The notes beneath the pieces are model-generated. The model searched no databases. It was not told the origin of the DNA and was given only the letters and a program-made list of their open reading frames with translations. This document shows positions 12,201 to 24,200 of a stretch of DNA of 64,000 bases, piece after piece. Each line of letters opens with the position of its first letter. Positions within the stretch are counted from its first letter, which is position 1. Origin of the DNA: Nemertoderma westbladi (taxonomy: Eukaryota; Animalia; Xenacoelomorpha); the NCBI GenBank assembly GCA_032718475.1, contig JAUCBJ010001720.1, positions 1 to 64,000 of the forward strand, in the 5' to 3' direction. The translations under genes and the position numbers were made by a program.

Positions 12201-15200
12201 TGTATGAGTGATAAAGGAACCAAGTTACATTGAGTTTACTACCAAACCTTGTGGGTGAGTTGTATGAGTGATAGAGGAACCAAGTTACATTGAGTTTACT
12301 ACCAAACCTTGTGGGTGAGTTGTATGAGTGATAGATGAACCAAGTTACATTGAGTTTACTACCAAACGTTGTGGGTGAGTTGTATGAGTGATAAAGGAAC
12401 CAAGTTACATTGAGTTTACTACCAAACCTTGTGGGTGAGTTGTATGAGTGATAGAGGAACCAAGTTACATTGAGTTTACTACCAAACCTTGTGGGTGAGT
12501 TGTATGAGTGATAGATGAACCAAGTTACATTGAGTTTACTACCAAACGTTGTGGGTGAGTTGTATGAGTGATAGAGGAACCAAGTTACATTGAGTTTACT
12601 ACCAAACCTTGTGGGTGAGTTGTATGAGTGATAGAGGAACCAAGTTACATTGAGTTTACTACCAAACCTTGTGGGTGAGTTGTATGAGTGATAGAGGAAC
12701 CAAGTTACATTGAGTTTAATACCAAACCTTGTGGGTGAGTTGTATGAGTGATAGAGGAACCAAGTTACATTGAGTTTACTACCAAACCTTGTGGGTGAGT
12801 TGCATGAGTGATAGATGAACCAAGTTACATTGAGTTTACTACCAAACGTTGTGGGTGAGTTGTGTGAGTGATAAAGGAACCAAGTTACATTGAGTTTACT
12901 ACCAAACCTTGTGGGTGAGTTGTATGAGTGATAGAGGAACCAAGTTACATTGAGTTTACTACCAAACCTTGTGGGTGAGTTGTATGAGTGATAGATGAAC
13001 CAAGTTACATTGAGTTTACTACCAAACGTTGTGGGTGAGTTGTATGAGTGATAGAGGAACCAAGTTACATTGAGTTTACTACCAAACCTTGTGGGTGAGT
13101 TGTATGAGTGATAGATGAACCAAGTTACATTGAGTTTACTACCAAACGTTGTGGGTGAGTTGTATGAGTGATAGAGGAACCAAGTTACATTGAGTTTACT
13201 ACCAAACCTTGTGGGTGAGTTGTATGAGTGATAGAGGAACCAAGTTACATTGAGTTTACTACCAAACGTTGTGGGTGAGTTGTGAGAGACGGATTAGTCT
13301 ACTGGGCGTTTGGGCAGAGGTACGTGGCCCCGTGTCGGTTACATTTGGAGTGTTCTCATCGGCCATTAAATAATTCGCTGTTCTCATTGTTAACGATTGA
13401 AACAAATGATCATATTGTTGTTTGATCTTCAGATGTTGTTCATATGTTGGCCGCAAGGCGGACACATCGCAAGCGATATCTATCGGAAAGAACTGCGATA
13501 AATTCGGGGTGGTTGTCCACGAACTGGGTCACGTGATCGGATTCTGGCACGAACACACGAGACCAGATCGGGAAAAATACGTCGAGATTGTACTGGAGAA
13601 CATAGAGAAGGGTGGGTTTATAATAAGTATTAGTTTGAAATAGCCACAATATCAAAATAGCAGATAGGGGGGAAACTGGACGCAATAAAAATTCATCCCT
13701 CTCCAGGGGAAATTGAATGCAAATAATAGTTGATTACTTTCAAAAATAAAACTGTAACATGTTCTATTGTGTTTAGTTTATTGTTTTGGTTAAAATAACG
13801 TGCCACTCTAACCTGCTCCTTTCCCTAAATTGAGAATTTAACATTGAGGCGGGATAATAATTCGCCATGATGGGATTTGCGTCCAGTCCCCCCCCCCCCC
13901 CCCCCCCCCTGTCACCACAATAGACAATACGAATAATATTAAATAAACGTATCGAACACGACCTTAATTAAATAGTTATATTAGGAGACATAAAAGGCGG
14001 CAGTTCATTTACTGCAGAGTTAATTATTATTGGTATTTTGGGAGTTCATTCATTCATTCCTAATTTAACAGTTCCCTAATTCGTAGGAATTAGGGACGAT
14101 ATGGGAGGATAAATCATTCTAGAATCCGCAGGTTGCACACAGTTGACAGAATCCTGTCATTGTGGTGTGAAAGTTATGTAAAATATTCTTGGAAATACGT
14201 TGGTTATGAGGATCTTTATTAAAATTATGTAAGTTATCTTCACATTTTATCACAGGCGAGGCGAGGTTTGTACCAAGGTTTTTGGCGCCCAGTGGCAACC
14301 ATCCCCCCCCCCCCCCCCCCTGCAATGAGCGCCATCCTGGTTTCATGTTATTATAATATTCGTTGGGCACACCTTGGCAAGTCGGCATTGACGTCCAGAT
14401 GGGATCGAACTAGTAATGTGTAATTGTCCTGCTAAAATCTGTATATGGAGTAATATTATTTATAGCGACAGGATGTTTCATGGTTACAGTAGTGTATGTA
14501 GCATATTGCGGACATACAAGGTATCAGAAAGTATTTTCAGGTCTATCTTTTACCTGAGCCTCTAGCTGAATGGTTAGAGCGTCAGACTTCCAACCCGGAG
14601 GTAACCAGTTCGATCCCACCTGGACGACATTGCCCACTTTGCCACTATTATCAATTAATTTCATTAAATATCAAGTGGTACTTTATTTACAACGGAAAAT
14701 GTTAAGACACTTAAATATCATTCCACAACGTCAGCCAGTTGAACAACTACAGTTTGCCCGATAATTGCATAAAATACAAAATACATAAACACTAAAACTG
14801 TAATAATATACAAGACAAGAAAAGCTAACAGGAGTTAGTCAAATCGTATTCGATGTGGAAAAGCATATCGGATAAAACTGACTTAACCACCTGGGTTTCA
14901 GCCACATCGGAGAAAGGTCTCCAGTCGCTAGAGATACTAGCGTTAGAACCAAGTGTGTTCGCAGGAGGGAACTTAAACTGCGGACCGCAATTAATCCGAA
15001 CAGTGGCGTTCTTATAGAGACTAATGGCCGGGAAGTAGGCTGCTCTGTGAATGTTGGACCAAGCTGATCCTTGGGACACCCCGTTCTTGTAGAATATTAT
15101 CTCACTGCCAACCAACGGTTTCATTAGTTTCTCTTCCTCTGTCGCGTCGTCTTTAACCTCAAAGTAGAAGTAGCCTTTGAACTTTATGAGAGCTTCTTCC

Positions 15201-18200
15201 TTGTGATTGTCAGGGAGATCGATGCCCCCCTGCGGAAGCGAGATGAGGCAACCGATGACGTCACCGGAAGTGAACCCCTCGGACATGTAATGGCGTCCGC
15301 GCGACTCATGGAATCGAGTCCCTTTCCGGCTGCGGACAGAGTAACCGAACTTATCGTAGCCAAGGGGCGCCTGTAGGTTGGCGAGTTTCTGGGCCCAACC
15401 GATGCGAACGGCCGACCCTTCGGGGAGGTCCACGCAGTCCATCTCGAGGTACCAGCAACCCGCGCTCACGGAGTGGGTCCCCCGACACAGGGAGTAACCC
15501 TTATCGCCGGTCACGGACACTCGGTCGTCCGACAGCCGGAGTTGGGGGGCCCGATCGTGGGCGGCCAGTAGGACCGGGGCCTGCAACGCGACCCGGTAGA
15601 CGTGCGCCGGTATGGGCTGCTTGCTGCCGTGCAGCGCGTCCGTGGGGGGGTCGAAGTCCTCGGGTTGGGCGAACGCGTCCGGCTCCGCGAGGACGTACCG
15701 GTAGCCGTCCTTGTTGAAGGGATGCTCGGCGGGGAACCCGTGTGGGGGCAGTCTGGGGGTGGGATCCGCGCGGCGCCCCCCTCGGCCCCCCATGTACGAG
15801 CCCCCTCCGCCCCCGTCCAACAGCTTCCGTTTAGCCCCGCGGCCGCCAGCTTTACCGACCACGGTAGAGCCGCCGTTGTGATACGAGATCGTCTTGACCA
15901 CGCTGCCGCCCAAATTATCATCCCACAAACGCGACGTATTCAACCGGGATTGGGCGAACAGCGGACCGACTAGGAACAGGTTGAAGTTGATTAGTCCGTA
16001 CAATCGGGGCTCCTCGACGCTGGAGTTCTCCCGCCATTGGAAGATATCGGATTCCTTGGCGAGGATCTTGCCGATGATCGGAGGCCAGTAGGATTTGGGT
16101 TGACGAGGGACCGGATTCAACCGCTCCCAGTTTCGGTCGATAAACAGCACAATGTCGCGGTCTTTACTGAAGAACCGGCGCGGCGGTTGGTTGTGGCGGT
16201 TGACGTGAGTGAGATTAGCCAAGGCGGTGACGCAGAGTTGCGCGTAGGTTGCTTGTCGTTTGAGGAGGAACTCTTTGTGGGAGGGGTTGCAGTAGCGGCA
16301 GTGGAAGGTGTAGTTGGTGAGGAACGGTATGAGATGTGCCGTGGGCAGTGAGACACACTCGCTGTGGAACCATTGGGAACACGTTGTACATTGCAACTCG
16401 ATGGTCCCCAGGGAACGAGGCCGTCCGCAGTAGCAGACCGAAAGAAGTTCATCTGATTCCTCCAACATATTTTCAGTTCAGCTAAATAAACGGATAAACT
16501 CACACATAAACTTCACAACCTGACAACTAAATACTGAAGTATAATAATAATATTGTTACTACCGGTACTACAGTACCGGTACTACAAACAACACTACTCG
16601 AAATGCTCTAGTCGAAATTAGTACTGTAGTAGTCCTATACCCTGCCTGCCCTATACTGTATACTGCAGTACTGCTTTAATAAGCTATACGCTACTACAGG
16701 ATACAGCTATATCTGACCTGACTGTAGAGGTCACATGACAAATTAAATTCGAATAAAATAACAATTGAGTCAGCTGATTGGTAAATTATTTTCGTTTCTG
16801 CAATTAATAATTCTAAATAATTTTTTTCATTTCTGCAGAAATATTTATTTTTTTTATCGGCCAACTCTTTATTTTATTATATTATATTATATTTTATTTT
16901 TGTTATGTTATGTTATGTTATGTGCGAAATGTGACCGCGGGTGACATACAATAAATACTAAAAATGCCAACAATCATCCACGATACGAAATGTTGCCAAT
17001 CATTTAAAACTGGATCAGAACGTAATCATGAGTATCATCTCCATTTTAACGGCTATCTGCCGATGTGTCTGTCGCCTTGGATATATAGACGCTTCATAAT
17101 TTGTGGCGGTATACCTAGAAAGGGGCCTTCTAAACACCATATCCGATGAGTAATCGTCTGTGCTGAAAGAACGACAATACAAATTTTTGAGGGAAAAGTT
17201 GTGCTCTCGCATTCGTTACCTGCCCACCAATGTTGTATGGGTATGTATGGTTGTATGGTTGTATGGTTGATTGTTTATTTATAATGAAAATTATTTTTTC
17301 AAAATCTGACTGAAAACTTTGTGCTCGATATTTCAGTCGGGTATCATGGTTTTTTTTTGGAAATTGACATGAAAAATTTAGAAATATCAAAAATTCAAAA
17401 TGTCTTTTTTGTTCAAAATTTTTATTTTTTTTCAAAAATTCAAAAAAATATATTGTGTTTTATTAAAATTATTAATTATTTTTATCCCAAAAATTATAAA
17501 ACACTAATCAGCAATCATAATCGCCTTCAAGATCAAGGCCTCCAGCTTTAACAACAAACTTAACTATGAAGTACAAACAAGTAATTTATAGTAGGCCCCT
17601 AATACTACTAAAGCACAGTTCCGGGTGCGGCATTATTTAATAACCTTTTCTTTGACAAATTACAGATTATGACAGATAACAGTTTGAATTTCCCTCATAC
17701 AATAATATTTAACCAACTTTTGAACCAATAAAATTTTATAAATTATTATTACCTATCAATTACTTTAAGGTCCCTTTCTCTCCTTTTCAAATACCACCAC
17801 ATTTAGAGTTTGCAGAAAAGATAAAGTAAAAATTATTTAGATTTTGCAGAAAGAAAAATTGCGGTAATATAATTATTTAGAGATGAAGATTTTGCAGAGA
17901 TGAAAATAATAAAATTAACTGACCCAAATCATACACCATAAGGTAACATAAGACATCATAAGGTAACATACCAACCAAGTAAGATACCAATCAATTAACT
18001 GACCCAAATCATACACCATAAGGTAACATAAGACATCATAAGGTAACATAAGACACCATAAGGTAACATAAGACACCATAAGGTAACATACCAACCAAGT
18101 AAGATACCAATCAATTAACTGACCCAAATCATACACCATAAGGTAACATAAGACATCATAAGGTAACATAAGACACCATAAGGTAACATAAGACACCATA

Positions 18201-21200
18201 AGGTAGCATACCAACCAAGTAAGATACCAATCAATTAACTGACCCAAATCATACACCATAAGGTAACATAAGACATCATAGGGTAACATAAGACACCATA
18301 AGGTAACATAAGACACCATAAGGTAACATACCAACCAAGTAACATACCAATCAATTAACTGACCCAAATCATACACCATAAGGTAACATAAGACATCATA
18401 AGGTAACATAAGACACCATAAGGTAACATAAGACACCATAAGGTAACATACCAACCAAGTAAGATACCAATCAATTAACTGACCCAAATCATACACCATA
18501 AGGTAACATAAGACACCATAAGGTAACATATGACACCATAAGGTAACATAAGACACCATAAGGTAACATAAGACACCATAAGGTAACATACCAACCAAGT
18601 AAGATACCAATCAATTAACTGACCCAAATCATACACCATAAGGTAACATAAGACATCATAAGGTAACATAAGACACCATAAGGTAACATAAGACACCATA
18701 AGGTAACATACCAACCAAGTAAGATACCAATCAATTAACTGACCCAAATCATACACCATAAGGTAACATAAGACATCATAAGGTAACATAAGACACCATA
18801 AGGTAACATAAGACACCATAAGGTAACATACCAACCAAGTAACATACCAATCAATTAACTGACCCAAATCATACACCATAAGGTAACATAAGACACCATA
18901 AGGTAACATATGACACCATAAGGTAACATAAGACACCATAAGGTAACATAAGACACCATAAGGTAACATACCAACCAAGTAAGATACCAATCAATTAACT
19001 GACCCAAATCATACACCATAAGGTAACATAAGACATCATAAGGTAACATAAGACACCATAAGGTAACATAAGACACCATAAGGTAACATACCAACCAAGT
19101 AAGATACCAATCAATTAACTGACCCAAATCATACACCATAAGGTAACATAAGACATCATAAGGTAACATAAGACACCATAAGGTAACATAAGACACCATA
19201 AGGTAACATACCAACCAAGTAAGATACCAATCAATTAACTGACCCAAATCATACACCATAAGGTAACATAAGACATCATAAGGTAACATAAGACACCATA
19301 AGGTAACATAAGACACCATAAGGTAACATACCAACCAAGTAACATACCAATCAATTAACTGACCCAAATCATACACCATAAGGTAACATAAGACATCATA
19401 AGGTAACATAAGACACCATAAGGTAACATAAGACACCATAAGGTAACATACCAACCAAGTAAGATACCAATCAATTAACTGACCCAAATCATACACCATA
19501 AGGTAACATAAGACACCATAAGGTAACATATGACACCATAAGGTAACATAAGACACCATAAGGTAACATAAGACACCATAAGGTAACATACCAACCAAGT
19601 AACATACCAATCAATTAACTGACCCAAATCATACACCATAAGGTAACATAAGACACCATAAGGTAACATAAGACACCATAAGGTAACATAAGACACCATA
19701 AGGTAACATACCAACCAAGTAAAATACCAATCGATTAACTGACCCAAATCATACACCATAAGGTAACATACCAACCAAGTAACATACCAACCAAGTAACT
19801 GACCCAAATCATACACCATAAGGTAACATAAGACATCATAAGGTAACATAAGACACCATAAGGTAACATAAGACACCATAAGGTAACATAAGACATCATA
19901 AGGTAACATAAGACACCATAAGGTAACATACCAACCAAGTAAGATACCAATCAATTAACTGATCCAAATCATATACCATAAGGTAACATAAGACACCATA
20001 AGGTAACATACCAACCAAGTAACATACCAACCAAGTAACATACCAATCAATTAACTGACCCAAATCATACACCATAAGGTAACATAAGACACCATAAGGT
20101 AACATAAGACACCATAAGGTAACATAAGACACCATAAGGTAACATACCAACCAAGTAAAATACCAATCGATTAACTGACCCAAATCATACACCATAAGGT
20201 AACATACCAACCAAGTAACATACCAACCAAGTAACTGACCCAAATCGTACACCATAAGGTAACATAAGACACCATAAGGTAACATAAGACACCATAAGGT
20301 AACATAAGACACCATAAGGTAACATACCAACCAAGTAAGATACCAATCAATTAACTGATCCAAATCATACACCATAAGGTAACATAAGACACCATAAGGT
20401 AACATACCAACCAAGTAACATACCAACCAAGTAACATACCAATCAATTAACTGACCCAAATCATACACCATAAGGTAACATAAGACACCATAAGGTAACA
20501 TAAGACACCATAAGGTAACATAAGACACCATAAGGTAACATACCAACCAAGTAAGATACCAATCAATTTACTGATCCAAATCATACACCATAAGGTAACA
20601 TAAGACACCATAAGGTAACATACCAACCAAGTAACATACCAACCAAGTAAGATACCAATCAATTAACTGACCCAAATCATACACCATAAGGTAACATACC
20701 AACCAAGTAACATACCAATCAATTAACTGACCCAAATCATACACCATAAGGTAACATAAGACACCATAAGGTAACATACCAACCAAGTAAGACTTTTTAT
20801 TACTAGCAGCTTCAAATTAAATACATAATAATTAACGACTCAAGCTAGCTCATTAATATAATTACATCTGTAAATGAAACATCTGTTTCATGCTTTGCAA
20901 ACATCACTCAGAGTCCTAAAATAAATAAAAAAAATATAGAAAACTAGGGAGCAATGCAAAAATATAAACAAGTTAACTTACAAAATTTACTTTACAACAA
21001 AAGTTAAACTTTTCAAAATTTTATTATATTTTTTCCTACTTCTTATTTCACTGCTAAATTTAAATTTTCAGACCAAAAGTACAACTTTAATATGTTGGAC
21101 GGCGGTCAGGTGAACTCGCTGAACGAGAGTTACGACTACGGGAGTATAATGCACTACGCAAGGAACACGTTCTCGCGAGGACAGTTCGTGGACACAATCC

Positions 21201-24200
21201 GGCCGCGGTGGACAAACGCTTCCGGAATACGGCCCGAGATCGGACAGCGGAAAGGATTGAGTCCGGGAGATATAACACAAACTAATAAACTGTACAAATG
21301 TCCAAGTTAGTTAAAACTCAAATATATTAGATTCTTATTGATTTTGTCATCGTGAAACTGATTTTTATTTAAATTATTGTTCGAATTAAGTTATTTCTTT
21401 TCTGCTTTGCTATGATCTTATGAAATAAAATTTTTACTCTCGATTCAGACACCGATTAGATACTAGTAAAAGGATTATGAAATTTTAAAAAGCATTATAC
21501 GATACTGAATTATTCCAAATTATGCGAAATTTATAGACTAATTGTCGACATTTTGACTATTAAAGTTTCTAAATTAAATTACTTTTTCTAATTTATTCAT
21601 TGAAATCCGACTGTGTCTGTACAATTATTCAATAACTTAGTACAACATAATTCGTTCTAGAATGTGGCCACACGTTACTAACCTCTGAAGGTTCATTCGC
21701 ATCACCTGATTTCCCGATCGCTCAGGCCGGGTTTACTGAGTGCGAATGGCGGATTGTAGGAACTTCAGGCGAGGAGATCGTGTTTAGTATGAAAGAGTTT
21801 AAACTCTCGGGAGACGATTGTTCGAGGAATAACGTCACGGTGCAGAACGTACCTTGGATCTACGATACCTCAACTGCGTCGCGTTGGGTCTACTGTCCGG
21901 GGGACGTTCCCCGGACAATCCGGACAGGTTCGAGTCGGCTGTGGGTCCGGTACTACGCGGACCTGGTGGAGAAGCGGACGGATTCCGGATTCCGGGCCTC
22001 GTTCGTCGCTGAGTGCGGCGGTCGTATCCACTACCGGTCCGGAGTCATTCAGTCGCCCAACTTCCCGTACGATTACCCCTCGGGAAGGAACTGTACGTGG
22101 GTTATAGAGATGCCGAGTCAAGTCGGGATCAGTTTTACTTCGTTTGAGATCGAAAGACACCAGGATTGCACCTACGATTACGTTAAAATATGGTTCGTAT
22201 ATCAAATGAGAGCACAATAAACGGTTAACGATTCACAGTTAAGTTAATTTACTTTGGATGGTTAAATTATTGGAATCATATTACTTGGAGTTATATCGTT
22301 TATGATTTATTTCCATTATTTGTTTATTATGTTCGCTAGGGATGGTGAAACAACAGCAGCCCCTGTGATTGGTTCCTTCTGTGGATTCAACATGCCTCAC
22401 AACATCAACTCTACCTCGCGTTTCCTTTTGGTAAACTTTTATTCCGATAATTCCGTTGTTAAAGGAGGATTCTCGGCTAAATATTTCAACGGTTTGCATA
22501 TAGTGTACTTCACGTAAATTACGAACGATACTATTTTTTAATCGACCTTCTATGGAAACTCAAAAACATTTTACTTACTATGCGTGTCGGGTTATAGAAT
22601 GCATTATATCAAGGACTTCTAGAACATATATAGAATATATACTATGTTATAGAGCTCCTTGATTATATTTAATTTAAGACACTACCTATAGAAACAGGGG
22701 ACTTCACACCTGCCGAACTCCAAAGAAGCATTAAAAGCATGTCCAATAATAAAGCGAGTAGATTAGATGAAATCCCAGCGGAGGTATGGAAAACCGGAGT
22801 GCTAAACAGACCATTATTGAATGTTTGCAACCGGATGTTAAAAGGGAAAAAGCCACCACCAATTTGGACTAAAGGTCAACTAAAGCCTCTCCCCAAGAAA
22901 GGAGACCTCGGTATACCAACAGACTATCGTGGGATCTGTCTGCTTGTGGTAGCTGCCAAAATATACAATAAAATGATTCTTTATAAGATTAGGCCTCACA
23001 TAGAGAAACTACTGCCTAAGAGCCAAAACGGATTTCGACCAAGTAGATCAACAATAGCTCAGATACTTGCACTACGGAGACTGATTGAAGGAATTAAGTC
23101 AAAGAATCTCCCCGCAGTCATGACTTTTGTGGACTTCAAGAAGGCATTCGACTCCATCCATAGAGGTAAAATGCTTGAAATCCTAAGAGCTTATGTAGCT
23201 ATTGTAGCTGGCATTGGATTGTTAAATTGTGACACAGAAGCTCAGGTACTCTCACCAGATGGTGAAGCTGAGTTTTTCTCAATCCTGGCTGGCGTACTGC
23301 AACGTGACACATTAGCACCATTACTATTTGTAATTGTACTGGCTTACGCAATGAGGACGGCCGCAAAGGGTGAAGACCTGGGATTCACACTTCAAGAACG
23401 CAGAAGTAGTAGATATCCGGCAACTACAGTCACAGACACCGACTTTGCGGATGACATCGCCCTTCTCTCTAATACCCTAGCAGATGCACAGCTTCTACTA
23501 AATAAAGTGGAGAGGGCTGCTAAGGAGGTTGGATTGCATATAAATGCTACCAAGACCGAATTCATCACTTTTAATGTTGATGGAAAGACAACCATTGATA
23601 ATAATCAACTAAGGGAGGTTGACGACTTCCAGTACCTTGGATCATGGATAGAGAGTAGCAAAAAAGATATAGAAGTTAGGAAAGCAAAGGCTTGGGTAGC
23701 TCTATCAAAAAAGGATACCATCTCGAAATCAGATCTCTCCAGGCACCTGAAGACTAAGTTCTTTCGAGCCACAGTGGAAAGTGTATTTTTATACGGGGGT
23801 GAGACCTGGACACTGACTAAATCACTAAATCACACAATAGTTCAACTTGAAAGGGATACTGAACTTGGGAGAATCGAAATTGCGACAACTATGGAGAATC
23901 GGGAAGCCTGGAATGATCTCCTTTCCACTGTCCGAATTCGCTCGACTTAGTAGTAGTAGTAGTATATTTTATTTATTTATATTTTACCTGTTTCTAGAAA
24001 TCGACGAATGTTTACAAGGAACAGCCAATTGCGATCATATATGTCACAACACTGTTGGTGGTTTCTCATGTGCGTGTCGAAATGGATTCGATCTGAGGTT
24101 AGAGCAATATATCGTTTATCACGTCACTATATAACCCGCGTAACTGTAACGCCCAACCTGTAACCTTGGAACGCTCAAACATTAACTATGTATTGCCCAA

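Noticed and set aside
6692-13283. CRISPR-like regular array
   Set aside because: Units are contiguous with no unique spacers, there are no cas genes, and the context is a eukaryotic intron; the same applies to the other three arrays
13888-13909. Poly-C/G tracts (also ~14303, 52757, 53032, 61889, 63133) as functional G-quadruplexes
   Set aside because: Several are parts of dispersed repeats, homopolymer length is unreliable, and nothing else supports function
14556-14625. Possible tRNA gene
   Set aside because: A and B boxes are present but the acceptor and anticodon stems do not pair, and dispersed diverged copies exist; treated as SINE-like
15511-16503. Overlapping alternative-frame and antisense ORFs in ASH2L (likewise in TRAP1, 1895-4715)
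   Set aside because: Expected shadows of GC-rich coding sequence; no recognisable motifs
17915-20786. Long hydrophobic - strand ORFs ([11 protein letters not shown]..)
   Set aside because: Translation of the 20-bp satellite with no unique sequence or domain
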